From Octopus bimaculoides (Eukaryota), in assembly GCF_001194135.2 (NCBI RefSeq), contig NC_068985.1:280134-344133 (forward strand): 64,000 nt of DNA, given 5' to 3'. Numbering within the stretch: position 1 is the first letter of the stretch; each line of letters begins with the position of its first letter. Of this stretch, positions 38,640-51,323 are shown one piece after another. Both the position numbers and the translations under genes were made by a program. The notes under the pieces were generated by a model. It saw only the letters and a program-made list of their open reading frames with translations. It did not search any database and was not told the origin of the DNA.

Positions 38640-39460
38640 TTTGCAAGGGTGTATGGGGGAAGAAATAGGGAAAGTGGGAGAGAAGGAAGTAGGTAGACAA
38701 CACCTATAAAGATTGGAGATAGTTGAGGGAATGGGTGCAAGAGTTGAAGAGGCTAAAGGAATGCTCGCAGCAGTAATGACTGTACCATTGACAGATGGAG
38801 AAAAGAGATGCCATGTTTGAGTAGGTTACAGGGGCAAAGAAGAGAGATGGAAGAGGTGTAGTGCATGAGGAGAGAGAATTTGATGCACAACAACCACCAC
38901 AAGTCTTGGTCCCTTGTCGTCTCTGTGAGGCCCAATGTCTAAAAATCCTTTCTCACCACTTTGTCTCTCATCTTCCTGGATCTACCCCTTCCACATGTTC
39001 TCTCCATGATTAGAGATCAATGCTTTTTAGTGTAGCTGCCCTCATCCATATGCAACACATGACCATACCAGTGCAGTCTTCTCTTTTGCACACTACATCT
39101 GATGCCTTGTATACCCAATTTTTCTTACAAATCACTTACACTCTGAGGGAGAAGCCTTTCTTACAAACAAGGGTAGTAGTAGCTCTCTGAACTTTGCCCA
39201 TCCTCTTCTTATTCTAGCAGCTATACTTTCAGAACTATCTCCTCCACTGCTAACATGGTCACCGAAGTAACAGAAACTGTCTACTACTTCTAAGGACCCC
39301 CTCCCCTGCTGGCATTTAAGGGAGTCTATTTTCTGTACACTCCTAGTGTTTAATGTACCTGCACATCTGCTACAAACAAACGCTACTTTTTTTCTGTTAA
39401 CCTTCTTGTGATACTACTGCTGCACCTCTTATGTGTCAATATGCACAAGGTACATGTTTA
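38640..39460 (-). mobile_element. RTE LINE fragment, opposite orientation to the 38245 copy
   Basis: Minus-strand LTHKRCSSITRRLTEK, then ...EVVDSFCYFGDH and the RRLHWYGHVL region. Confidence 0.8.
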
Positions 39461-39549
39461 CTGGAAAGGTTTGCTGAAAACCTCAAAGTAAGCAATCAAC
39501 ATTAATAAAAAATATTATTTTAATTCTATAACCAAATATAGTCGTTCAT

Positions 39550-39905
39550 TCATTGCCAGTGCCACCTGACTGGCTCCCCATGCAGGTGGTATATAAAAAG
39601 CACCATCCGAATGTGGTCGATGCCAGGTCCCCCCCACCTGACTGGCTCCTGTAAAAAGCACCATCCGACCGTGGCTGATACCAGTGCCGTCTGACTGGCT
39701 CCCATGCCGGTGGCTTGTAAAAAGCACCCACTACACTCTCGGAGTAGTTGGCATTAGGAAGGGCATCCAGCTGTAGAAACTCTGCCAGATCAGGTTGGAG
39801 TCTGGTGCAGCCTCCTGACTTGCCAGTCCTTAGTCAAACCATCCAATCCATGCCAGCATGGAAAATGGATGTTAAACGATGACAATGATGACGATGATGA
39901 TGATT
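39550..39905 (+). mobile_element. RTE 3' UTR copy with three internal tandem units
   Basis: Three variants of ctgactggctcc...aaaaagcacc, then the terminal motif and (GAT)n. Confidence 0.85.
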
Positions 39906-41208
39906 CAGTGCATATTTGGTATAGATAAGAACACTGAAGAAATCTGAAAAGCCAATATATTACGTGTGTCTGTGTGTATTTATGTTCACATCAGTTTAAA
40001 AACCAGTGGTGTTTGTGTTCTATGAAATTAGCAGTTCAACAAACAGAGATGAATACAAGAAGTAAGAAACTGAAATAAGAACTGGAAATCGCTGTAACTT
40101 ATAGAATCTTTGAAGGTGGTGCTCCAGCATGGCTACTTTTATGGGTTTCAGTAATAACAATAAGAATAATAACAACAACAACAACAACGACATGAGTCAT
40201 AGTAGTAGTAGTAGTAATAGCAACAGTTTTAACATTATGAGAAATTTGTTTTGGAGATTGTCCTTTTCGAAAATGAACAAGATGGGGGAAGAAAATTGGA
40301 GAAAAAGAAATATGGAACGAAAATGAAAGAAAATCAGAAATTATAGTGATACTGAGAAAATGTGTGTACACACACACGCACACGCATACACACACACACA
40401 CAAATGAGGAGCGCTAAATTAAGTGTGTGGTGTGTGAGTGGAAGTAAGAGAAAGAAAGAAAGAAAGAATAGTCAATGTAGACTGGAGGCAAAATGGAAGA
40501 ATTGTGATCGAGAATAATGTTTTGCTTTTTAAAAGCAGAGATTTTCCACTCGATGTAAAGTTTAAAAAAAAAGCTGCAGTAAATAAAAAGAAAGAAAACA
40601 ATTGATGCAGGAGGAAGAGGAGGTAGAGGGGGACAAAAAAAGAAAAGAATAAAGAAATAAGTAATTAAATGGAGAATTATGAAAAAAATGACCGCGCTTG
40701 TGTGTGTGTGTGCGTGTGTGTGTGCGCGCATGCACACGTGCAGTACCAGTGGCTGCACCTCTTCAACAAGCTACAATTTCCATGGTAGTATTGAAGTGAA
40801 AGATTTGACTATAATATTGAATAGTAATTACTTCTATTGTCCATTAACAGTGGCATGCAAGATAACTCTTGCAGAGTAGCGTTCTGAGAGAAGTGGGTGT
40901 GGGATTAGGGAAGAGAGAGAGAGAGAGAAAGAAAGGAAGGAAGGAACAAAGGTAAAGTGAATGATTTAGTGAAGAAAAAGACAGAAAAATAGAGAATAAA
41001 GATGACAGAAAGATAAAGACTAGAGAGGTCAAGCAGAGAAAGAGTGTGTGTGCCTGTGTGTGTGTGTGTGTAGGGGTGGTCTTACTGGAAGCTGTATATA
41101 CTGTCGTAGAGACGAATGGATAGATAGACAAATGCACACATATACCTATATATGTATACATATATTGATAAATCTATCTATCTTTATACATATTCATGTG
41201 TATGTGCG

Positions 41209-41239
<31 letters not shown>

Positions 41240-41561
41240 AAACAGAGAAATGGAGACAGAGTGATGATAAATTTATACAACAATTGGTGTGGTCAGGAAG
41301 CAAAGCATAAAGCCATTAGTTCACACTACAAAAAGATTTTGGCAATGATGATGTTTTCATTTCTGCCAACTAATATGCTATTAGCATACCTGGTAGTGTA
41401 AGGTGTTGGATATTTATTGGAAAGATGAGAAAAAGTTCAAGTTAGGTTCACTGAATTTTAACAGACCTGTCTTCTAGTGAATGTGGGAAGTGAAACTGTT
41501 GGCATGCACTTCACACTTTCTAGAAAGTTGAGAAATATTGAATTGTTCTTTGCTTTTGTAC

Positions 41562-41614
41562 CTGAGGCAATGGCAGCACTGCTCCTTTTTTAACTAGGAT
41601 ATCCCCAGAGAAAA
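41562..41614 (-). CDS. Candidate coding exon (VFSGDILVKKEQCCHCL)
   Basis: Acceptor aattaactcttcacag with branch-like ttaac, donor CAG|GTACAA, open frame, phase 0-2. Confidence 0.35.
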
Positions 41615-42994
41615 CCTGTGAAGAGTTAATTTAGTAGGGATTAAACGGTAACTAATTAATCTCAGAAACCAGAATACAAAGCTACTGACCTGACCCGATA
41701 GGACAATATCAGTTGCCCTGGACATTACCTTTGCCCTATACATAGGCCAACTATTTAGGGAGAAATGTAGATATAAACAAGGACAAATGGCTGTGTGGTT
41801 AAGAAGTTTGCTTCTCAATCACATGGTCTTGGGTTTGGTCTTACTATGCAGTACTTTGGGCAAATGTCTTGGATGATGATGCTGATGATGCTGATGATGA
41901 GAATGATGAAAATATTACGTACACACAAAAACACTCAGAGTATGTAAAAAAAAACTGCAACACATACAGCAATGAAGCAATCTCTTAATGCTATTTTTTT
42001 TACTTCTTTACGTAAATTCTTAGAAACATCTTACCTCATTTATATGTACATAAAACAGGTGCACATAAAAAATGATGCAAATAGGTAGACATGTCCTTAT
42101 TTGTATATAAATGTAGAAATGATTGTGTTGTCTAAGACAAGCACATGTGGTGCTGAATGGGCTTCCATGCAAATAGACCCTACAAGTGATCGTGTTTGTG
42201 TATACAAATGCACGTGCACATGAAAGCATTAAAGAAAATCAGTCATTTATTGTGATATGAGGAGATATGATTAGATAACTGTCAACTGGCAACATGCACT
42301 TTCATCTTTTATTAGTCTATTTTCCATCATAGAATAAATCTCTTGAGATACTCAGCTTCCTGGTAAATGGTGCTCAGAGTGTTCAGGATCTTGTCTCGTA
42401 TGGTATCATATATTGAAGTAAATGAAAAGCATTCCAACGGCGACACATAGAAAAAGTAGTTTTGTTAGTAAAAAGGTAAATGGGTCTGGCACAAGCAGTG
42501 GAGTACCACATGGAATATGAGATTTCATTTCTAAGCTCATTTTGCATTCTAATTTTAAAAATCATTCGGGTTGTCTCAATTCCTTACTTAAACAGTTTAG
42601 GTATGTACCAGGTAAGAAAAATAATAGCATTAAGACAAAAACGCAAAAATTACTAGGAAGTATGAACAAACAAACGACAAAGCACTTCCTAATGTGGTTC
42701 AAATGCTTTTCAGAGATGGAGGTTTTAATCAAACTTTTATTGCTAAACATTAAAAGTGACATCTAATATAATGACAGATGAAACGAGCCCAAGAATTGAT
42801 ATCTATATTTCCCCAAAATCAAACGAGGTCAGACTTTAAAGCACGTAAATTATATAAGACTGAAAGATCTTCAGGAAGAAATTTCCTTTTAAAGTTATTA
42901 TTAATATGGTGTCCATTGTTCAGATTATTAATTTTATGCTTTGCATTTCAAACAGTACAATAGTTTGACCAACATAAGCTCTGATCATCTTCAG

Positions 42995-43031
<37 letters not shown>

Positions 43032-43899
43032 GCAGCAGCTCAGTTGGTAAAGCTGAAAACTGTAGTATGAATTCTGATGACTGTGATATCATCATCATCA
43101 TTGCTGTCGTTTAATGTCTGTCTTTGTGCAAGAGAAGTAACTCCAGATTAAATTCTTTATCTGTATGACATACTTAACCAACATATATCAGTGGTTCTCT
43201 TGACCGAAACTTGTGCTTTTACAAACCCTACCACAAACCTATTGAAAATCACACGTATGTACATAAGCAGTTTTGTCAATCCTTACAGTGTTTAAAAACC
43301 TTATAGCTAATACTAGTTACACAATATCTAATCTCTCCTACTGTAAGGAAATATTCAATAAAGAGATCCCTACTTTAATAATGTTCTAGTTAACAGTGGC
43401 TTCAAAGTCAAAGCAGCTTACATGCCCACCACAAAAAAGCACAAAGCCTAAAAACAAACCTGGCAGGATAATTAAATATCACTAACCATTGTTATTCCTA
43501 TTCCAAAGGTACACAATCTAATCAAAAACACAATTCCCCACTTTCCTTTTTTCCCCTAATTTCCTATTTTCATTTACTTTTTCATCTCATTCTTTCTGAT
43601 CTTTTCTCAGAGAGCAGCCATATTGTAATCTGAGCCTGAAAAATTGCATAATAGTCTGCCATACAAACTCATTTGATAAGTGTACTGTCTGACTATCAGA
43701 GAATGAAACTTATAATAGATCACATTTAAATCCTATGTTTAATAAACATTTATCTCTTCTCACTGGATGGAATATTTCTTTTGTTGATCCCACCAATAAT
43801 GGAACAGCACGCTATGGATGTACCAACATTTATGTAGTGTACCATTTTGAAACACTAATTCCATTTTATGCTCAAGTTTTACTTTTTCTGATTATTTTA

Positions 43900-44870
43900 G
43901 TTTATTTTAGGTTTTTGAAATTAAAAATATAACAAAATGTAATGATTTTATTGTATGAGTTTAAAGCAACGGAAAAACACCTGAAATATGAATCAAAAAT
44001 TTACTCATTAGTCCATCAACAACTTTTCTGTCCAACATTGGTTTCAAAAATGTTATAGGGGAGACTGATTCGGAAGAGTCATTACGGGACTGTTACTGAA
44101 GCAAAACAATTTGAGAGATTTCAGGAGGATTAAACTTTGCTTCATATAGGAAAATCAAAACTCATTAAATGGATTCTGGAAGAAATGAATAAAGGTAAAA
44201 AAGAAACCGCTATGATGATGCTGCATCTTTTGCACAATAAAAAACAATTCATTTCCAAATTTCCCTGTGACATGTGCCAAAAGAAAAGAGGGCAGAGGGG
44301 ATTCTATATGACAAATGATAATGTTCCATGCCGGGGCTGGTCTGAAGTAAAGAACCAAAATACTTTCCCATACTGAAACTGGATCAAAGGAAGGTTATTG
44401 CAATTTTTGCGGGGGTGGGGTGGGGCAGTAAATGGAATCAGCCATTAATATTTCTTGAGTCCTTGCAAAAAAACCAACAGAGAGGTATTGCCATAAAATT
44501 GGCAAACTGCACCAAAAGCTGCATCAGTTACATCTGGCATTGATCAATTGAAAAGGGCCAATTTTTTTCACGACAAGAATTGACCATATGTTTCACAAAT
44601 GACTCCACAGAAATTGAATGAATTGAGTTACAAACTCATGCTCAATTAATTCTCTACATTTTTCTCCTCCAGACTTCTGCATTTTCAAGCATCTTGATGC
44701 AGAAGATAACTTAATCCAAAAGATCTTCAACAACAAGGTACTAGCATAATATGCCATCAAAGACTTAATTTGTTCCATGAATCTAGGATTGTATGCCATC
44801 AGAATATACATTTGCTTCAGGTTAGCAAAAATGTGTAAATTCTAATGATTATTTTGAGTAATAAAATTCA
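43900..44870 (+). pseudogene. Decayed, nearly full-length mariner transposase
   Basis: Fragments in order: LLYEFK, WFQKC.RGD, KWILEEM, ERYCHKIGKLHQKL...LIN*KGPIF, YVSQMTPQKLNEL, and a C-terminal QKCVNSN-like end; many stops and frameshifts. Confidence 0.8.
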
Positions 44871-44883
44871 TTGAGCTGAAATA

Positions 44884-46400
44884 TACCATATATACTCATG
44901 TATATTTTACAGCAAAAACATTTTTCTATATCCCAAAAAGCCTGATGCACATTATACATTTGCACATTATACATTTGCACATGATATGCAGGTACAAAAA
45001 TCTAAATGTTATTGAATTGAGTTTAGTAATTACAAAAGTTCTTAAACTTTTCTTCTGAATGCTGATTATAGTTTTAATTAAATTTGAACTGTTTGTGAGA
45101 ACTTTGTAAGACATTTTTTTTAATAACTATGCTTTGTAATTGCTTTTTTTTTTTAAGGAGATCTTTTTGTAGCTATGCACTGATAACATATGTCCACTTC
45201 AGTATTTTTATATTTCAACAATCTCTCTCTCCCTCTCTCTCTGTGTTTCACCTTACTGTGATTGATGGGCACAACTTCTTAAGCCGTATGCCTCAGCTTG
45301 AAAATACAGAAAAATCATATCACACTCATTTCTCATTACACAGATATCATCTCCAATATGAGTGCTCTGAAATATAGTAATTTTTATACAAGTGGAGAAA
45401 AATTTAAAGTAAATAAATGGAAAAGAAATTGTGAATCGTCCAGCTAATTTATATTCAGTCGTGGTGAAAATAAGTCAAAAATTAAGCACTGCATCTAGAA
45501 ATTGAAAAACATGTGGAGGAAAACCTGCAGTTTTCCTGAGTTAGAAACAGAAATGAAGAAATATTTTCATGATTTGAGAGTAAGTGGTTCTACTATTTCA
45601 AGTGAAATGTTGAGCATTTCAAACTTTACAACTAAAGCATAATTTGATTCTTAAATCTCATTCCTAGACAAATTCTCAGTGTTTGTGTCAATATCCTGAC
45701 AACTTTATAGAAGAAATATTCAATTCCAATAAATTAATATTGATCTGCAAAAGACAATCTCATATTTACTTCATCAAATTGGGAATTCTGATCAAATGCC
45801 AGTGTGTTTTCAAATGTCAGCTGATAAAATACATGACAGAGCTGAAACTAAAGCTGTATGCGTTTGTACAGGTGGCAACGAAAAACAGTTTTGCACAGTA
45901 ATGTTTGCTTTTAACCATCTGCTTATGTCATATTTGAATGCAAAATGCTAGCAAAAGTGATTAAATTTACAAATAATGCTGTTGTTCAAGTTAATGACAA
46001 GGTATATGTAACTATGTTTGGAGAATGGATTTGTTTCATTTGGAACGATCATACTTGTTCTTTGCTAAAATCCAAATCAGTGCCTATATTAGATTCTTCT
46101 AATGACCAGTATGGAGATGATGTTAAAAAATGGTCCACAACAGCATACTATAAACTTGTTGCCATTCCTGATGAGCTAAAGACCATTTTACAAGCTTGCA
46201 CCAATGAAAGAAATGTTCACAACCTGATTGTGTTGTATTGTGAACATATAGCTAATCACAACCTTGACTTCAGCGCTTCAGGCAATATTAAAAAGCTTTT
46301 ACTGCAGCAAATTGTATCACAGATAAAGGAAACATAAGACTATTGATTCTGACATGAGAGCTTAACACTTTAAAAGATAGAATGCACTTTATGAATCAGA
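44884..46400 (+). mobile_element. pogo/Tigger-family DNA transposon relic (CENP-B HTH plus DDE_1 fragments)
   Basis: TIR-like taccatatatactcatgtata at the left end; FPELETEMKKYFHDLRVSGSTISSEML (HTH_Tnp_Tc5-like) at about 45530-45620; ORF 45945-46337 FGEWICFIW...SVPILDS...LVAIPDELKTILQ aligns by eye to DDE_1 (W...VW...LLILDS...LAVIPGGLT..LQPLD). Confidence 0.7.
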
Positions 46401-46569
46401 AGATAAGACGATATGGCAAAAAGACAGTGATGATGAAACAAATATAAGTGAACAGCTACAGGAAGCAAGATTGATTCAGTGTTTGATAACAATGGATAAT
46501 GTGATGCTATTGATTAAAATAAACTTTAGCAACAGTCAAAATCTAAAAGCAGAAATGCAAGGGAGATAA

Positions 46570-47228
46570 TTTCAATAAGCTCAGCTGATTGAAAATTTTG
46601 GAAAATAAGGACAAAGCTGTTTGAATATTGAACTCAACTGTTTAAAGGCATATTTCAATCTTACAAGAACTCATGGACTGGAGCAATGTGGAATGGAATG
46701 TTTTGCTCAAGAACACAACACATTGCTCAGTCCAGAAAATGAAACCACAATCTTATGATCATGAGTACAACACCCTAACCACCCAACCACACACACACAC
46801 ACACACACGCACATAAGAATTCCCCATGTGCAATATGTAAGTTGATATTATTGGAGTTATTTCCTATAAAATGCTAAGAATTTTGTAGGAATTTATTTAT
46901 AATATCTGTTCTTTGTAACTCTGCATTACTGAGACATATCTACATCTGTGGAAGTGGTATCAATAGACATTTCCCATTTCAACAATTTGAAGCATTGTTA
47001 TAATAAATAGAGAATAAAAGAAAAAAACATTGAAAATGTGTAAAGAAAACAGCAGCAATCATGTCCTCTTGGTATCTTTATAAGGATCACAATAAAGAAA
47101 ATGGTTAAGAAGGCTTGGCTAGTGTGGGGTGTAAACAAACAAAATGCATTTTGTTTATCAACCCCTTGCAAATGGTAGAATTTCAATAATATCAGCTGAT
47201 CGAAAATTTTGGAAAATAAGGACAAAGC
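46570..47228. repeat. 48-bp direct repeat pair, 611 bp apart
   Basis: 46570-46617 and 47181-47228: tttcaataa..tcagctgat.gaaaattttggaaaataaggacaaagc, 3 mismatches. Confidence 0.85.
46660..46795 (-). mobile_element. Degenerate tRNA-derived SINE 5' fragment
   Basis: cagtccagaaaatgaaaccacaatcttatgatcatgagtacaacaccctaaccac resembles the SINE head at 53640-53725. Confidence 0.5.
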
Positions 47229-48204
47229 CTTGAAAAAAAAAAAAAAATGGAAGGTCCACCATAGAAAAATTTTTTAAATTCCTGACCGTAAATATAGTAA
47301 TGAATATAAATTTCATATCGAGATAGTTTGAATGAAAAATCTGTTTGAACTACCTCTTATCTGAATACCAATGTTTTTAATGGTAACTTTCTTGGGCTGG
47401 TTAAACTTTTATCTTATTGGGATCCTATCCTTGAAACCTTGTCAGGAAAGTGAAAGAAAACCATGAAAAAAAGTTACCAGCACTTTCTTTTCCAACTACT
47501 TCAAAATAAGAATATCTTCCTGTGCATCAGGTATCATAGTTTAGTTTATATAAAAATAGGTTCAGAAGAGGGAGAAAATTACATAGGGACAAATAGAAAT
47601 GCATGACATTGCATGCAGAGAAAATTCGACTTCCCAGTTACTGGCAAATATCTCACAGTGAACTTACAGATATTTCTGCGATTTCAACCAACTTTAAGAC
47701 TTTTTCTATTGTAGTAGTGATGAAATATTTTAATAACAGCAGATAAATAAGGTGTTTGTATTTCATGAAAAATATTGACCATATTCACATATGCAGATTT
47801 AATCTTAATTACATTTATATTCAATTAATTAATCTTAATTATTATGTTTATATTTAATTTTTTTTTGATTGCATGTATATTCATTACTATTATTGACTGT
47901 AAAAGTGAATATTCCAAATATTTGATCCTTTGTTACTGTTAACAACAATAATATTTTACAACTTCTGTCACGAAAACATCTATTTATGAAATTAGAATAT
48001 CCAACAGCTCATAATGGAATCAAAAAAATTATAACAACATTAATTTAAAAAGTCATCTAGTTATATTAAAAAGAAAGTGAAACCTGTAAATTACATATAC
48101 ATAATATTTCATAAAGTCATATCACAAAGATTTCAATGCATTTTCTTGTCTGTTTTTAATATAATTTACCACATGAAGAATTCACAGATTTTTATTCAAT
48201 ATAG

Positions 48205-48880
48205 ATCATCATTACCATTTAACGTCTATTTTCCATGCTGGCATGGGCTGGACGTTTGATCAGAGCTTGCAAGCTGCAGAGCTGCACAATGTTCCAGTTA
48301 GGTTTGGCAGTGTTTCTACAGCTGGATGCCCTTCCTAATGCCAACCACTTTACANNNNNNNNNNTCTAACACTTCCGCTGTGGAGGATGGGTCTTGGTCC
48401 TTTGTCATCTCATCTGAAAGGTTCTGTGTCCTGAGGTCATCCTTCAGTACTTCATCCCATGTCTTCCTCGGTTTCTCTCTTCCAGGTGCTCCATTTATTT
48501 TGAGAGATAAGCACTTCTTTATGGAGTCATCAGCGTCCATTTGCATCACATGACCAGACCAGTGCATTCTTCTGTTGCACAGCATTTAATTCCTGTTATG
48601 CACAATTTTTCTCTCAATACACTAACACTGTCACACATTTACACTTCTGTTGCACATCCAGTGGAATATACTAGTCTCATTCCTTTCTAATCTTTGCATG
48701 TTCTCTGCATTTCAGGCCCAGATCTCACTACCATGTGGCATTGCTGTCCATATACATGCATCATACAACTCCCTTTCACTTGGGCAGAGAAACCATTGGT
48801 TGCCAACAGAGGTACAAGTTCTCTGAATTTCCTTCATCCTATTCTTATTTTAGCTATTACACTCTCTGCACATCCTGTTT
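48205..48880 (-). mobile_element. RTE LINE fragment (ORF2 C-terminus plus truncated 3' end; 10-nt gap at 48355-48364)
   Basis: RRMHWSGHVMQMDADDSIKKCLSLKINGAPGREKPRKTWDEVLKDDL. Confidence 0.85.
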
Positions 48881-50197
48881 ATCTATCCATTTCTCTCGCT
48901 CTATAAAACCCTAATATTTGAGTACAAATGATATAAATACCAATTCTAAACAGAAAAAGGACCAACACTGATGTGATTTGAATCACAGAGGTTTTATTTG
49001 ATGGTTGTCTGTATGTGTTTTGTTTTTCTGGAAAATCTGTGTACTAATGTCTCCTACCATGTGTGTGTGTGTGTGTGTTTGCATGTGCATGTGCATGCAT
49101 ATGTGTGTGTTTGAGAGTTGGTTTATGAAAGACTGAGGAAGAAAGTCACAAAATAATAGAGGAGGAGTGGTGAATGGAAATCTTGCACTTAAACTTTCTG
49201 ACATTCTTGAGAGTTAATTCAGGTTTACTGTCATTCTCCTTAAAACTTACAGATGTATGTCTAAGTTCATTTATGCCAACCATAAACTACTGATGTACTT
49301 GTTTAAATATATATCGTTGTGTATAATGTTCTTGCATGTGTCTGTAATGTTCCACACAAACCTAAAGTATATGATACATACACAGACGTATTTCCCTCTC
49401 TTTTTCAGTTTACCTAGAATTTTCTTGGGTAAAAGAGGATAAAATTTTAAAATTATGTGAAAAATATATAAACTTATACAAAGTGTGTGGGCTGAAAATT
49501 TAGCTACACAAAAAAATTAATAAGGAAAGATTAAATCTACCCCTGAATGAAAGGGATTTAGGGAGTGTTGTCTAACATTTCCACTCAAAGGATTCTTCAG
49601 TCAGTCTTTGTGTTGGGTTGGTGTTCTGGTTATATATATCTGCTAGCAAAATACTCAGTACTTCCCAGGCTGGAATGTAGCTATAAATTTCTCAGAATAG
49701 GAAGCATGTTCTGATTAATAGAACATTCTAGCTTTTCTCATAAAAATATTGAAATTTTGAATTGTTTTCCAAAATATTTCTACAAGAGACAGTCACTTAA
49801 TATTGCCATATGCTTGATAATTCTATTGTGGAAATGTCATTTAAATCAACCATATTACAAAAGACAACAGGAGTAGTATATATGAAAACAATTTTATTTC
49901 ATTTGAAACTGTTTAAAATACTTTAATTCTTAGAATAATTTGAAAATGGTTAGAAGTCAGAGTGATGCGATAGAAACTAGTCATGGAAATAAAATCATTC
50001 TATAATATGTACATACCATAGCACTCGGGGTGAACCTACACAACATTAAAATATATTGGAACTGTAATCCTTGCAGTGATAAAGCATCTTAATGAATTCC
50101 AGCCTATGCGGAATTAGTTTTGCTTCCACCATAACATTGGTGATGTTGAACATTATCATGTCGGCATGCCAAGATACTCAGTGCTGTTGATTTTTAT

Positions 50198-50345
50198 TGT
50201 GGCAAGAGTCATTGACACCCCTGGGGAATTAGAAGAATGGACTAGCTGACCTATTGCATGCACAGGGAGCTGAACTCTTTTAAAGAGTAGTGGTCAGCTA
50301 GTCCATTCTTCCAATCCCCCAGGGGCGTCAATGACTCTCACCACA
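50198..50345. mobile_element. 148-bp foldback / MITE-like element
   Basis: 54-bp arms at 50198-50251 and 50292-50345 are inverted repeats with about 5 mismatches; the 40-nt spacer contains a small hairpin actcttt-t-aaagagt; no clear TSD. Confidence 0.75.
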
Positions 50346-50824
50346 GCAGTTTCACAAACGGGGATGTTTCCAACTCTTAGAAACCAACAATTATTAAAGC
50401 AATATCCAAAATGCTGACTATCAATACTTGCACTTTGGATTTATTGATTGACACAAAACGCTTAGGTGTTCTAGAAAATAGAGTCTTCATAAATGAAACC
50501 TCATATCTGTTAGAATGAATGGAATTCTAGGCATACCTGCATCATCCACTAGGAACAGTAGAGTTAATGATATATAGCGTAAGCTTCCTAACCATTAGTC
50601 TTGTTGCAATGTCTAGATTAAACTGCAACATTATTGGGTCCCTTTCTTTATATACACGTAAGATATAAAAACGTCGATATTATATAAGACAAAGTGAGTT
50701 ATAAGTTCACACGATATAGGGATTTCCTATAAGTAGGTTATCTCCCTTGGCTAGGCGGCGCTCCCTGTAGATAATTAAACTTCCGGAGGCTACCCACGCC
50801 ATTGTTATTGTTTTACGTCTTATC

Positions 50825-50965
50825 ATGGATATAAAGCAGCTTGATGATTCAGCTATCGAAGTACTTACTGTGCCTGAGTTAAAGAAATATTTAAGATTAT
50901 ATGGACAGTATGTTACTGGAAGAAAGGCGGACTTGACTGAAAGGTTGAAAGGAATAAAAATTTAG
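50825..50965 (+). pseudogene. SAP-domain N-terminal ORF fragment of a transposon accessory protein
   Basis: MDIKQLDDSAIEVLTVPELKKYLRLYGQYVTGRKADLTERLKG matches the SAP consensus LTV.ELK..L...G....G.KA.L.ERL. Confidence 0.8.
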
Positions 50966-51035
50966 AGGTCAGAATACAAGCACATAGAATATTTAAAAAC
51001 ACTAAGATATTTAAAAATATATAAAAACATTTATG

Positions 51036-51104
51036 NNNNNNNNNNNNNNNNNNNNNNNNNNNNNNNNNNNNNNNNNNNNNNNNNNNNNNNNNNNNNNNNN
51101 NNNN
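51036..51104. other. Assembly gap (N run)
   Basis: Run of N. Confidence 1.
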
Positions 51105-51323
51105 GCAAAGCAACAGTTAAGGAGTGGCATATTTTACCACGACAGACACGTACACAGCATCGAATACCACGATGTGAGTGAAAGCTGCTCTCACTGTATT
51201 GTCCGGTGTCTGGTAATCCCTTCGATACCGACATCAAACCAAAAAAAGAATCCTGACCACAGAGTGTGGGTAATTATGTCAAATGTCACTGGCAATGTGC
51301 ATTCAGCTGATTGCAACTGTTAA
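51105..51323 (+). pseudogene. SWIM-finger lead-in fragment, truncated after CxC
   Basis: ...CIVRCLVIPS...PDHRVWVIMSNVTGNVHSADCNC* resembles the H.VW......G.V..AHC.C start of SWIM fingers. Confidence 0.65.

Noticed and set aside
39550-39730. CRISPR-like repeat-spacer array
   Set aside because: Units are degenerate tandem copies without unique spacers, inside a eukaryotic LINE 3' UTR
45945-46337. hAT transposase or host gene call for the 130-aa ORF
   Set aside because: Motifs fit pogo DDE_1 better, and it lies downstream of a CENP-B-type HTH within the same relic
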